Shown one piece after another: positions 1 through 13,069 of a stretch of DNA of 64,000 nt. The DNA comes from Negaprion brevirostris. Its lineage: Eukaryota. The notes beneath the pieces are model-generated. The model searched no databases and was not told where the DNA came from. It worked only from the letters and a program-made list of their open reading frames with translations. The translations under genes and the position numbers were made by a program. Each line of letters starts with the position of its first letter. The first letter of the stretch is position 1. The stretch lies in assembly GCA_030324005.1 (NCBI GenBank), contig JARDVH010000042.1, positions 88,805,867-88,869,866 on the forward strand. Direction: 5' to 3'.

Positions 1-75
1 AGTTGGCCTATCAACATACTGAGTCAAAAAACCATCCTGCACGCTTTGTACAAAAACTGACCCCTCTAATGAGCT

Positions 76-690
76 AGCGTTGGACTGGGGTAAACACAGT
101 AAGAAGTCTCACAATAACAGATTAAAGTCCAACAGGTTTATTTGGTAGCAAACCCCACCAGCTTTCGAAGCGCTGAGGTGAGTGGGAGTTCTGTTCATAA
201 ACAGGGCATATAAAGACATAAACTCAATTTACAGAATAATGATTGGAATGCAGGTCTTTACAGCCAATCAAGTCTTAAAGATACATGAGTGGAGAGAGCA
301 ATCATCAGGCAAGACTGTTGTCTTCCTGTTGGGGAACACTTCAGCGGTCACGGGCATTCTACCTCTGATCTTTGGGTAAGCGTTCTCCAAGGCGGCCTTC
401 ATGACACATGACAACTCAGAGTTGCCGAGCAATGACTGATAGCCAAGTTCCGCACACATGAGAATGGCCTCAACCAGGAGCTTGGGTTCATGTCACACTA
501 TCTGTAATCCCCACCACTTGCCTGGACTTGCAAAATCTCATTAACTATCCTGAATGGAGACAATTCACACATCTTTAACCTGTGTTTCGCCTTCTCTCCA
601 CTTGTATTGACTGTAGCTGTAAAAACTTGATTACCTGTTAAAACTCACATTCCAACCATTACCTTGTAATTGAGTCTGTGTCTATATATG
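76..690 (+). mobile_element. Penelope-like element 3' remnant (GIY-YIG endonuclease C-terminus plus 3' UTR) with an inverted copy of its 3' end upstream
   Basis: 301-507 translates to IIRQDCCLPVGEHFSGHGHSTSDLWVSVLQGGLHDT*QLRVAEQ*LIAKFRTHENGLNQELGFMSHYL*, matching the Penelope GIY-YIG C-terminal pattern (PVxEHF..H..DL.V..EQ.LI.KF.T..GLN); two internal TGA stops. ~205-298 is the reverse complement of ~593-690. Confidence 0.85.
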
Positions 691-844
691 TACCACAATG
701 CAATACATTTTGATTTCAATTCATTGATTGAAAGATAAAGCTGTCCACCAGATCATGGGTTACTAGGTGTGGTGATGCATATGGACACAGCAAAAATAGG
801 CCACAACTGTCTTGAAATAAAATGAAAAGATATCAAAAATATAT

Positions 845-1059
845 CAGTCCAAAAATGTGCATGTTAGGTGGATTGGCCATATTAAATTGCCCTTAGTGTC
901 CAAAGAGGCATAAGTTAGATGAGTTAGCAGAGTTAATGTGTGGAATTACGGGATAGGGTGAGGGAGCGGGCCTGGGTAAAATACTCTGTCAGAGAGTTGG
1001 TGCAGACCCGATGGGCTGAATGGCCTCTTCTGCACGGTAGGCATTCGATGATTCTATGA
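845..1059 (+). mobile_element. HE1-type V-SINE, 5'-truncated
   Basis: CAGTCCAAAAATGTGCATGTTAGGTGGATTGGCCAT core and ATGGGCTGAATGGCCTCTTCTGCAC...TTCTATG tail shared with other copies in the window. Confidence 0.85.
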
Positions 1060-2200
1060 AAAATAATCAACTTTTCTCAGCTTTCACATTCTGTTTTCTC
1101 AAAAGCTTGTTTCTTGCTCATTATTTTGTGTCCTCCTCCTGCAGTTTTGACCATTTGCTGGGTCTGTCTGTCTGGTGATATTTGCTGTATTTCTTTGATA
1201 CCGTCTGTTGTTCTCCCTTGACACATCACGCTAGTCCCAATGCTGATCACAGCAAATGGCACAAGTACAGTCCTTAGGCGTTCCAGTAGATCTGGGATTT
1301 GTAAATTAATGTTACTGATTAATCACAAAATTCACTGGCAGGTGGAGAGTCTAACAAGCAGGTAATGGTTTACAGTAAATCCTTTTGACGGATGGGGTGG
1401 GAGGGAGGTGGGGTAGTTTTAGTACCCAAGAAAGGATGGATGATTAAATAAGTTAATTTTTACCTTCTGAGTAAAACCTGGTTCCAAAATGCCCATTTCT
1501 GGGTTTAATTGAGACGTGTTTGGACCCCTACGAAAAAGCTTCTTGGTACAGCTCAGACATTCATTAGTGCAGGCAGGCAGGTGGACAGCGCAGCATTTAG
1601 GAGACATGAATGAGATCTTTCCATACTGAATTCTACTTAGATTTAAATTTAACATCCCTGNNNNNNNNNNNNNNNNNNNNNNNNNNNNNNNNNNNNNNNN
1701 NNNNNNNNNNNNNNNNNNNNNNNNNNNNNNNNNNNNNNNNNNNNNNNNNNNNNNNNNNNNCAGCTATTTTTCAAAGTCAAACCAGGCAAGTTGATTCTGA
1801 TTGGTGAAGGCATTGTCATGGGATTGAACTCGGGAATGGAGTTGCCCAAGCTTTTGGTAAATTAATCTTACATCCCTTCAGCAGCATGGTGAGATTTGAA
1901 CATCTGTCTTAGGAGCGTTAGGCCAAACCCCTGAACAACTAGTCCAGTAACACTATCACTATTCTTTTACCCCTGCTAGATACAATTTTGAAGGTTTCTT
2001 TTCTTATGATTGGTTATATATATATTGTTTTAATCATTAATTAGTTTTTCTGAGAAAGTCACCGTTTTTGGATGTTTCAGATGTTTCCCCTCTAATCTCT
2101 TTTATTCTTAGCTTTTGGTTCCTGTTTGCTTTGATGTGACCCAGGATCAAAGACAAGTTTTTCTTTGGATGATCAACTGGAGCCTAATTATACAGCTACA

Positions 2201-2900
2201 ATGGGCAGGAATTTTGCCATTGAGGGAGAAAGTGTGACTCAGGAAAAGCCCAACTCAACAAACCCAACTCCATGGAAATGACACCCACATGCATAATTGT
2301 TGCATTGGGGGAGGGGGTGCATAGGAGCATAAACGGGCTGGGGCTGTCACCTGGTTCAATGGCAGTCTTGGATACGGAGGACTGCCAAAGCAGGGAAGTT
2401 GGAAGTCTTGCCAAGATTCTTTGAGGCATCAGCCCAGTTATGTAAAAGACTGTTCAATCCTCCAGCCCTCACTCAGATCCCATGCTTCGCTTATCTCCAT
2501 TCTCCATTCAGAATCTTCACACTCCCCAGGCTGCTTGCTTGCCCCTCATGCTCTAATTCCACCTCCATGACACCTCATACCCACTTGCCAATTCCATTCT
2601 TCCTCATATACACATGTCACATCAATGCTCCAGCATACACCATGCCACCTCCATGCTCCCTCATACCCCTGTACCAGTCCACGTAACTTCCAGAGTCACT
2701 CACTCTGTATCCATAACTCAGGAGCCATGTGGAGATTAAAGGAAGACTTTGAACAATCTGACAGCTCTCACTCATGCACACCATTGATACTGAAAAAAAA
2801 TTCATAAAACACATTCAAACAATTTAAATCCCCTCGAGTAGTCATTCCGTGATAAAACCAAACACGCTCCTAGTAACTAACCACACCAAAGACAGAAACA
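2201..2900. mobile_element. Decayed non-autonomous DNA-transposon-like element (GGGCAGGAATTTT terminus)
   Basis: Starts with TGGGCAGGAATTTTG, the same terminal motif seen at 9175, 17395, 18211 and 22771; C/A-rich interior. Right end uncertain. Confidence 0.4.
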
Positions 2901-3597
2901 CCTTCTGTAGCCTCTTAAAACTGTCAAGTTGTGCACTCAGTTCCCTAGTTGAAATGTCATTTTAGAACTTTAGAAACTCAGCCAAGCATTCATAATGGAC
3001 TTAATTGTAATAGTAGTCCTTGGGAAATGAAGGTTATTGAAACTGTAGAAAATGTGACGAATGGTATATTTCTAAGCTACACCAGGTGGTCTGTCAATCA
3101 CTGTACTCCTGTAGTGAGCGTCTGCTTTTTTACTCTAACTCACAGCTGCAACCAGTTTTTATTTTCGTTTTTAAATATCTGGGGATTTAAATAACTTCAT
3201 ACCATAAATATAAACAGACCTCATCTGCCGCTCACAAGCATTTATATCTCCTCCACCAATTTGACTCCTACACTGTGGATTAAAGCCATAGGAACAGTGA
3301 AATTATGGTCTGTTTGAACTTGGCCCTAATTTCAAATAGTTTTGATAGGCTGACTTTGGGTTTCCTGCCTGTGTGATTCACAACCCTCACCTTCCCTTTG
3401 TTGACAAAAATGAGATCGTCCTGAAATGGGATCAGGATTTCCGGGTCCCATTTGCCATTTTTAAAGGACTCCAGAGTTTCCCTAACTCACGAAAATCCAG
3501 CCCAGTAACTCCTTCTTAATTGCTCTGCTATATTATGTCATGCAGCTAAACATATTGTAGAACTCCTGTCTTTACCATCTCCTCTTTACACCACAAA

Positions 3598-3731
3598 GGG
3601 GAATTCTCCAGTCTCATATGCTCCATCACCACTGCCAGCAAAAATGGAAATTGTGGCACTCAGCCAAAACTCCATTCATAGCTACGGGACCAGAGAATCT
3701 CAGTCACATGCGAGGTTGGAGAATTTTGGCT
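3598..3731. mobile_element. MITE-like element with imperfect terminal inverted repeats
   Basis: GGGGAATTCTCCA ... TGGAGAATTTTGGC inverted termini, ~130 bp. Confidence 0.5.
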
Positions 3732-3944
3732 GCAGTGCCGCAGAATTATTTGCTGCCCAATGGTGTATTTGAAATATTTGGATTAGAAATAGATCTTCCT
3801 CTGGAAATGATGATTACTTTAACGATACAAAATCCTGGCAATCCATAGGGTTCCTTGCACATGAAATATTCTGCAATGAATATGTGTATCAGAGAAATAA
3901 CTTTCCTGTTCTAGAAAGTGGTAACACTAGTACCATTTTCCCTA

Positions 3945-4328
3945 TGATAAAAAACAAAGGGCTGTGAACGTGCTCCAGTCCATCATGCAAACCAGCTTGC
4001 CATCAACTGAGTCTGTCTACACTTCCCACTGCCTTGGAAAAGCAGCCAGCATAATCAAGGATCCCACGCACCCTGGACATATTCTCTTCTACCTTTTTCC
4101 ATTGGGAAAAAAAATACAAAAGTCTGAGGACACAGCTTCTTCCCTGCTGCCATCAGCCTTTTAAATGGACCTAGCTTGCATTAAATTGATCTTTCTCTAC
4201 ACCCTAGCTATGACTGTAACACTACATTCTGTGCTTTTCCTTCCCTATGTAGTGATTGCCTTGTCTCTATAACGTGCAAGAAACAATACTTTCATTGTAT
4301 ACATGTGACAATAATAAATCAAATCAAA
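3945..4328 (+). mobile_element. Rex1/Babar-like LINE 3' end
   Basis: Translates to QSIMQTSLPSTESVYTSHCLGKAASIIKDPTHPGHILF; ends in TGTGACAATAATAAATCAAATCAAA; same family as 29695-30097 and 42352-43965. Confidence 0.8.
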
Positions 4329-4540
4329 AGAAAACCCATTGTCATGAACCATGGCAGCAGTGACATGGTGCTATGGTGGGATCATCATTTAACCCCAGCA
4401 GAGACCGTACAAGAGAAAGTTTTCAGGGCAGGGACTGACGTCATAGGAATCATTACCTGCATAGAATTTACAAAGAGAAATTCCATTTTCTTGCTCTCGG
4501 AACAGTCATGTTTCAGCAAGTTTACATTGTCATGTTAGAT

Positions 4541-4862
4541 CATAGAATCCATACAGTGCAGAAGAAGGCCATTTGGTTGAGTCTGCACCAACAAGTCCAA
4601 CAGGCCCTAGCCCTGTAACCCCACATATTTACCCCACTAATCCCTCTAACCTACACATCCTTGGACACTAAGGGACAATTTAACATGGCCAATCAAACTA
4701 ATCCACACATCTTTGGACTATAGGAAGAAACTGGAGCACTGGACGAAGCCCATGCAGACAAGAGGAGAATGTACAAACTCCACACAGATAGTGCCCCAAG
4801 CCAGGAATTGACCCCAGGTCCCTGGAGCTGGGAAGCAGCAGTGCTAACCACTGTGCCACCCC
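4541..4862 (-). mobile_element. HE1-type V-SINE, near full length
   Basis: Minus strand reads GGTGGCACAGTGGTTAGCACTGCTGC (tRNA-like A box), then V core, then CR1-type tail ending ...GGATTCTATG. Confidence 0.9.
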
Positions 4863-6929
4863 AGATGGTCACAAACAACTGCAGCATCCTAGAAAACCTG
4901 TAACCTTCTGCACCACGTGGTCATGCGTTGCCATTTATGTGAAAATCATGAATTTCTCTTGCCTTTGGTTCCTTCCAGAACACTTTATAGATAGGGCAGT
5001 GGTTTTGTTTTCTGTCACATGTAAATGTATAAATCAGGCAACGTTTGGATTGTTTGCCAGGACTGGGAGTAATGGAAATTTCCACTGTGATGACCATAAT
5101 TGGAAGGAATGAAATCTCCTCTTTGGTTGGATTCCAACAGGCAGTCTGAGCACTTGCTGTAGGAATCAGATGCTTTCATAAACTGAAATGGGTATTGTTC
5201 CAAAAAGTGCAATTGGTGTGCAATCACAAGAGGGAGTTTCAGCATGTCTGTACCAACATTCCTGAGGGCTGTCATGATATACATGGGCAATGGTTGTCCA
5301 ACATGGTGATGTGCAATTGCCTTTTCTTATACTTCTTACTGCTTTGACACGGTACGTACTGTGTGGCTTCAGCAGTAGGAGAAGCAGGCGGCTCAGATTC
5401 TGGTCCTGACTGCTCAGATGCATTTGACCCACACCTTCTGGGAAGAGTCCCAAAGGACCACCTAAAGCTTCTTCAAATGCACCTGTACCAGCACATCAGA
5501 GATCATGTAGTAGGTTGGCCACTTGCTGTCTGTACTTGTACGGGGTTGGGGGGAAGAGAAATGAGAAATAGGAGCACAGAGCATTCCCACTCCCTCTCAT
5601 TGTGCACCCTGTTTGATTTTCTTCTGAAAATTGATCATCTTTGACGCAGTCAATCCGCTGGCAGTTTTCTGCCAACTGCTAAATTTGAAAATAGTGTAGT
5701 TTACTTTTCCTTGTACTGAGATGACAGGATGACTGGACTGGATCTGCAATACCATGGTCATCAGCTTGTATTAAATGTGACTCCTGACAAAAAATAAAAC
5801 ATTGTTTGCAGCACAAACATAGCAGCTATGCTGTTCCACCTCAACAGTTGCAGACAGAGGTAGATAGATTATTGCTATATTTTGTTGCAATCTCTCACAG
5901 CTACACTTTAATACTTATTAACATTTTTAATGTTTATTTTTACTGTGTCTTTAAATTGCATTTTATAAAGAGCTACAAAATGCTTATAATTTGGGATTGA
6001 GTTTCTATAAGGACAAAGCACTCTATTTACATATTTTTGCAAATATTCCCAGGCTGGGAAGGTGGTGGTGGTTGGGAGGTTCCATGTCATTGTGGGGCTT
6101 TTTAAAATTTTTATTACTTTTACATTGGAGCACACTTTAAAAAGAGTGCTTGCTCTGTCAGGGGCTGAGGTTGCTGGTGTCACCCCACCAGCATGATGTC
6201 CTGGGACCTGCCTCCAGGATGGATTATATTTCAGAATGGTGAAAGATTTGGCAGGAAAAGCTGGGAGTGCAGCTGGTGAGCTACACACACCACTTTTTTT
6301 GTCCAACTTAACTTTCTGGGTGAACATTTCTCTTTTTTGAGTGCTGTAGTAAGTTTTTATAATCTTTCTTCATTCTATAATGCATTTTTGAATATATAGA
6401 ACTACAATAATATATGGCAAGACACGAAATTCTCTATATATTTTGTATGCCTCAAGATCATTGCTGGAGAGATGATGCACTTTAGAAATGTCTCAATCAC
6501 CACAAGATGGCAGGAGAGGCACATAAACTTCCAAACCAGTCCCCAGTATAAATGATCACTGGTAAAATGCTAAACTAAATTTTCAATAATGTACAAATTT
6601 TATGATACAACTTGCTTCCTTAAACAGTGTTTTTAATGTAATTTAAAGTGCATTTAGAAGAACATATTGTATAAGACACTTTATAATTCTGTACAAAGTC
6701 TCAGTCTAACAATTTTGTGAATCCACCTATGGACAGAAGGAAAGATATTCAATTATTTTGATGGTTCACTTTATATGAAGCAACTTACCTTTAAATGCAT
6801 AGAATTACATAGAAGTTACAGCACAGAAACAGATCATTCAATCCAACAAGCTTTAGCTGGAGTTCTACACAACATCCACATGATCAGGGTTACCATTCAT
6901 CACAGAATGAACTGAACCAGGAATATAAA

Positions 6930-7745
6930 TACTGTAGCTACAAGAGATCAGATGCTGGGGTTCTGTGAAGAGTATCTCACCTCCTGACCCCCCAAAGCCT
7001 GTNNNNNNNNNNNNNNNNNNNNNNNNNNNNNNNNNNNNNNNNNNNNNNNNNNNNNNNNNNNNNNNNNNNNNNNNNNNNNNNNNNNNNNNNNNNNNNNNNN
7101 NNATCTCAACTCCTGACCCCCCAAAGCCTGTCAACCACCTACAAGAGACATGTTAGGAATGTGACGGAATACTCTTCAGTTGCTTGGATGAATGCAGTTC
7201 CAATAACATTCAAGAAGCTCAACACCATCCAAGACAAAGCAGCCTGCTTGATTGACATCCTATCCACCAACATTCGCTCCCTCCACCACTGACGCCCACC
7301 TTCCAATTCACACACCATCCTGGAACTGTATCACCATTCTTCCACTGTCAGGGGGTCAATTCTTGGCTTGGTTCAATTCCTGCACATTCTCCCCATCTCT
7401 GCATGGATTTCCTCCCACAGTCCAAAAGATATGCTGGTTAGGCGCACTGGCTATGCTAAATTCTCCTCAGTGTACCTGAAGAGGTGTGTCGGAGTGTGGC
7501 AACTAGGGGATTTTCACAGTAACTTCATCATAGTGTTAATATAAGCCTACTTGTGATGTTAATAAATAAACTTAAAACAAAACCCTGGAACTCCCTTTCT
7601 AGCAGCAATCTGCATGTACCTACACTGCAAGGACTGCAATGGTTTAGAAAGGCAGCTCACCCCACCCTCCTCAAGGGCAATTAGAGGTGGACAATTAATG
7701 CTGGCCTAGCTAGTGACACCCACATTCATGAATGAATAAAGAAGC
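6930..7745 (+). mobile_element. CR1-group LINE 3' fragment with a nested V-SINE variant (7380-7575)
   Basis: CTCACCTCCTGACCCCCCAAAGCCTGTC, TTGCTTGGATGAATGCAGTTCCAA and tail CTCAAGGGCAATTAGAGGTGGACAATTAATGCTGGCCT, shared with 24190-24668 and 60615-61546. Confidence 0.75.
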
Positions 7746-7882
7746 AATTTAAAAAAGCTTTGTTCCACCTCTTAAATGAAATCTGACCAGTACAACTTTC
7801 CATTCTTTCTTCCTCGTGCATCTACCTAGTTTCTCCTTACTGTATCTCCAGTCTTCGCCTCAATTGTTTCATGTGATAGCAA

Positions 7883-8194
7883 GGGATGGCACAACAGTTA
7901 GCACTGCTGCCTCATTGCGCCAGGGACCTGGATTCAATTCTCGCATTGGGTCACTATCTGTGTGGAATTTGCACATCCTCCCTGTGTCTGCCTGGGTTTC
8001 CTCCGGATGCTCCGGTTTCCTCGCCCAATCCAAAGATATGTAGGTTAGGTGATTGGTCACCGTAATTACCCCTTAGTGTCAGAGGGATTAGCAGAGTAAA
8101 TGTGGGGTGAAGATGACAGGGATGGGTGGGACTATTGTTGGGTGTAAGCTCAATGGGCCAAATGGCCTCCTTCTACATTGTAGGGATTCTATGA
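7883..8194 (+). mobile_element. HE1-type V-SINE, full length
   Basis: A box (GGCACAACAGTTAGCACTGCTGCCTCA), B-box-like GGATTCAATTC, V core GGGTTTCCTCCGGATGCTCCGGTTTCCTC, tail TGTAGGGATTCTATG. Confidence 0.9.
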
Positions 8195-9174
8195 AGTTCC
8201 ACACTCTAACTGCACTGGGACTGAAGTTGCTCCTGAACTCCTTCATGGATTGACTCGCTCCCAGCTTTGGATTGCCCTCGATGTGGAAACATTTCTCAAT
8301 GCACGCAATATAAAAAGATGAATCTAAAAACCAGGATCATACTTGGAAAAATATTACAGTAGCATTCTAAAAATGTTGTGTTTATTCCATAAAGGAAAAT
8401 GAATTTTTGACAAAAAATTTACATTTTTATTGAGCAAGAGTTCACAAAGATAAAATAACCGATATCAATGTTTTTACATAATAGATGAAAAAGTTGAAAG
8501 GTAAACCAGCTATTACATTTTCCCCGAAGAAAATACCTAACCACGATGAGAGGAACTCAGAAGGAAATATCACTGTTAAGTGTTAACTCCAAGAGGAGAG
8601 ACACATTCACCAATGTGTGGAACTTGTAACATTAGAATCCTTATCATATTATTAATGAATACACATGAATCAAAATATTTCTGCACCATTTTCTTGGAGG
8701 TTTTAACCCATTTATTTTAATTTAATTTATTTTAAATGGGTTCAATGCCACTGTAAAAGAACCATGGAAAAAACTAATACAAATGCTCAGGGTACACAGT
8801 TCATAATGTTACTGAAATTTATTTCCAGATTCCTATCTACAAGGAAGTCTGACAGGTAAATCTGACTGCAGATCAGTGCATAAGATCATCCTGTAACTTC
8901 ATACCCACAGAGTAAATACTTCCTGCACATTAGGTAACAATTTTCAGACAAGTAATTGTGTATAGCCTGGAGAAATGAAACCATACTGCATGTATNNNNN
9001 NNNNNNNNNNNNNNNNNNNNNNNNNNNNNNNNNNNNNNNNNNNNNNNNNNNNNNNNNNNNNNNNNNNNNNNNNNNNNNNNNNNNNNNNNNNNNNNNNNNN
9101 NNNNNNNNNNNNNNNNNNNNNNNNNNNNNAAGTACAAAAATGTAGCTGCAATGATAACACCCAAAATAGATTTT

Positions 9175-10002
9175 GGCCAGGAATTTCTAGGCAAGTTTGA
9201 CCCATGCATAAATCTCATTATGGCCACTAATTCTCATGGGAGGGCCCTCATGGGATTTGAGCCAGAGAAATGTCGGAGTGTCATCAGATTCCCACCCTGT
9301 GAGAGTGTGAACCTGGTTCCCATCGATTTAAATATATTTAAACATACAGAAATGGCTTCACTCCATAGCTTCCAGATTCCCTTTATGCGCTCTCCCCACC
9401 ACCCTCTGGCATGATGTAATGCTGACAGGAATCACTACTGGTTTCCAAAAATTCAAACCAGTCACGATGCCCACACCAGGGGATTGGAAGTGAGTATAGC
9501 CCCATGTGGTGAGGGAAACAGCTGGGCAGTGCCCCAACACTGCTCCCTCACACCTTGCCATTGCCATTTTGGCATTGCCAGGTACCAGGGCAGGGCCTGT
9601 AGGGAACCCCAATGGGGGGGAGGGGCTTCCCATTATGTGGCAAGGGGGCAATTGTTGCTGTGAGGCGGGGAGGGGAGATACCTGCATCACATAGGGGAGA
9701 AGGGGTACCTACATTGTGGGCAGGGTGGAGGGATCTCTGATGCCCCAATACCAGTGATGATGGGGGAAGGTGAACTTTAACTTCAAAGTGAGATCATTGG
9801 ACACGGATCTCTGTGGAGCCAGCCTTGCCAGTGACTTTAGGCACCACCCCTTAAGAATGACAGCACAAAATACACACCGTCCTGTTTTTTTTTGACAGTG
9901 TCAGAAGATCCAAAGAGAAAACCTGTCTCTTTCTCTGGGGAGAAACATGCTGGCTTTCAGTCAGGTCCTGACATTTTGCCATTTGTTTGGAAAATTTCAT
10001 CC
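9175..10002. mobile_element. Decayed non-autonomous DNA transposon-like element
   Basis: GGCCAGGAATTTCT ... GGAAAATTTCATCC imperfect inverted termini enclosing a GC-richer segment in an AT-rich background. Confidence 0.5.
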
Positions 10003-12345
10003 TTTAGATCTTGACGACTGATAATGTCAAAGTGCAGTAATGGACAAGATAATTCCATCTGCAGTGTTTACTGATTGGCTCATTACAACAATAGTTCTAT
10101 AAATCAGAAATTTCCGAATAAGCATTGCAAGTGTTTCACTTCCTTTGACCCCATGTACAGCCATAGACTAGACCTTATGTGGTTACATTAGCAAATGTCT
10201 GTTTAATTTAATCAATTGAAATAATACTGCCCAATATTTCAATTTTAATTTATTAAATTTGAATTTATTTAAAAATGGAAAAAATGGACAAAGTAATGAA
10301 CTCATTGACCAGCTATATATTAAAACCAAAAATGTAATTTTCAGTTTGAGTTTACCTTGAACTAAATAAATTGATTGATATGAAGTCATTGATATGACTG
10401 ATATGTTTCAAACCCATTCAAATAGTACTTCTGAGCTATTAGATTATATTTACTCAATTAGCCACCTTCCTCCTCATTTAAATGTGACATGAAAACATTT
10501 AGGTGACATTTTACAAGTTTGCAAACTGTCTCAGTAGAGTTCAATCCAAGAAGGTCATGGGCTAGCTATTCCACACCTAAGTCCTGTTTCTGCAATGCTG
10601 AAGCTGTCTGCCTGGGCTATTAGTCCTCTCTTCTAGAGGGACAGGCAAAGAGTTGCTACACTTAACCCAGACTGCCTTATGAATATCCAGAAATTGAAAT
10701 TGCGTGACAGCGTTCTTAATCACATTTTTATCACAGCTATTCAATTGTTTTGAATCTAAGATTGAAGGTAGTGTACACATAGCCCATGTTATGTGACAGG
10801 TGCAGTTGAATAAGTGATTGAGAAAAGGAAGGAATATAGATGTTGATGTGTGAACTACAAACATATGGCTGAGGAAGATGGTGCAAGAAGCAGTATGCAC
10901 AATAGATCAGTTATTTGAACAGAAGTAAGCTACCTGTTCACTTTTCACTATAAAAGATGTAATAATCTGGAACTCAAATTGTGCACATCATATTAGTATT
11001 AAGTCATTAGCTCTTTTAAATAGAGGACAATGGAATTTCATATAAATGCATTACCAGTGATTTTGACTCATGGCTCCATTTAGAAAAAAGCTTTTAAAGA
11101 TAAAGCACAATTTATAAATTGATGGAGGATTTATAAACATATTATTACAATGTTGGACCAGATTTTTGTATAGCAATCACACAATTCTGTTTAAGATTCA
11201 TAAAGACAATATCCATCCAGTCAGAGGAAATCATAATCCTTTTTGATAGCATAAGAGAAAAAAAAATCTTTAGTTCTTGCATTCAATATCTAAGAAAGTC
11301 GGGGCTGGGTAAAGTTAGTCTATTCCACACCAAAGTCTTTTTATGGCAACGCCACAGTACTGGAGCGATACAAGAATAGTTGCCATGCTTAAGCTGCACT
11401 CCCTCGTGAATACAGTGAAAACAAAACTGGTACAGCTATATCATTCAGAATCAGTTCAAGATGCCAGTGTTGAACATAAATTTGGAAACTTCACACACTG
11501 ACTAACTTACTAATTTTCTTTTTGTAGTGTGTGGTGATTTGTTTAAGTGTGTGAGCCCTTTAATTTTTTTTTGCATGGTAACAAGTGGTTATGTAAAGGG
11601 TCAGACTTGAGAGATCACATGGCCTGGAGGGGACATTGACCATTGGGCAGTACTGGAGCTTAACTGACCTTTCTGCATTGTTATGTATTTTCAGTGAGGT
11701 AGGCATAGTAAGCTCCTACATAAAAGACGTGGAGATATACAAAAGAGCTAGAAACAATATGGAAGTAATATAGTAACACTTAACTTGTAATTTTCCTGTG
11801 TAAACTCAGTGTGCAGCAGTTTTGTACAGTGCTCAAATAAACTGGGGCTAAGCTGCACCCTGAGGTTGAAATGTCTTTAAGGGATCAGCCAGCCACTGGA
11901 TCTTATCTGGGTGACTCACTGGGAGCTGATAGGGGTGGGTGTCCAACATCATGTGGGAAAACTTGAACTATGTTAATGATATATGTCAGTGGCTTCCTAA
12001 GAGGTTAACTGTAGGAGCATGCAGGGTGGGAAGCACTAAAGGCATAATCAGGCTAGGAAAGGTAAATAAATGGCACATTCACCGACCTACAGCTATGCAC
12101 AACACCACCACCACCACCCCCTTGTCTTCTCAAATTATTCTATCACATCCTCCTCAGTTCATCTGACAGGAGTACTCACCCCTTTCTCTTCCTCTGCATT
12201 TCCTCACATTCCCATCTCCCTGTCCACCACGAGCATGTATTCTCACCCTTATGCAATGTCATAGTTCTCCATTCTGGTTACCCTCATCCACCAGGTGAAC
12301 ATATGCCATTGCGCTCTGCTTGGTCCCTTTACTTTTTCCTTGAAG

Positions 12346-12494
12346 GAGAAAGAGCACAAAGCACAAGGCAGGCAGAGAACTGGAGTAATCCTTCAGTCAT
12401 CTTGCAATTCACAAGTACAAAAGGAAAAGGCACTGGAGAGCAGTGGAGTTCAGGCATGTGTGACCATCTGAGATGGAAATAGCTCAGCTATCTG
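12346..12494 (+). pseudogene. Possible exon remnant of a Harbinger-associated Myb/SANT-like gene
   Basis: Acceptor TTTTTCCTTGAAG then EKEHKAQGRQRTG...EKALESSG...*DG, ending at CTG|GTGACA. Resembles from memory the R.RTGGG..EE.AL segment of such proteins; lies next to transposase remnants. Confidence 0.4.
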
Positions 12495-12667
12495 GTGACA
12501 TAATTAAATATATATCAGTCAACCAATGTCATACAGCACTCAGTGTCATGTCAACCTGATGTCAAAAGCGATGTCATGTTCATATAAGCAGTTGCAATAT
12601 TCTTGCCTTGCCGAAACTCATTCAACTCTTTTATCTCTCATAGTGCTTTCACGCATGTAGCAGGTGT

Positions 12668-13025
12668 TGGGGGGGCAATAGACTAATGATAATACCACGA
12701 AGCTATTAATCCAGAAACTCAACTTATGTTCCAGGGATCCAGGTTCAAATCCCACCACAGCTGATGATGGAATTTAAATTCAATAGAGAAAAAAATCTGG
12801 AACTAAGAATCTACTGATGACCAAGAAACTACTGTCAATTGTCAGAAAAACCCATCTGATTCACTAATGTCCTTTAAGGAAGGACTTCTGCTATCCTTAC
12901 CTGGTCTGGCTATACATGAGTCCAGAGCCACAGCAATATGGCTGCTTTCCAAGCGCAACTAGGGATGGGAAATAAATGCTGGCCAGCCAGCGACACCCAT
13001 GTCCCATGAATGAATTACAAAAAAG
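12668..13025 (+). mobile_element. tRNA-derived SINE with CR1-group tail (family B)
   Basis: B box GGTTCAAATCCC, body AAAAACCCATCTGATTCACTAATGTCCTTTA, tail CAACTAGGGATGGGAAATAAATGCTGGCCAGCCAGCGAC; copies at 23338 and 63740. Confidence 0.85.
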
Positions 13026-13069
13026 GAAAGTCATGAAAAATGATTTTTTAGAAGGGCTCATTTATTCTG

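Noticed and set aside
6973-7132. Direct repeat ATCTCA.CTCCTGACCCCCCAAAGCCTGT around a gap
   Set aside because: Same scaffolding artefact; the LINE reads through if one copy is removed.
7883-7960. tRNA gene (A and B boxes)
   Set aside because: SINE head continuing into V core and LINE tail; no acceptor stem or cloverleaf evident.
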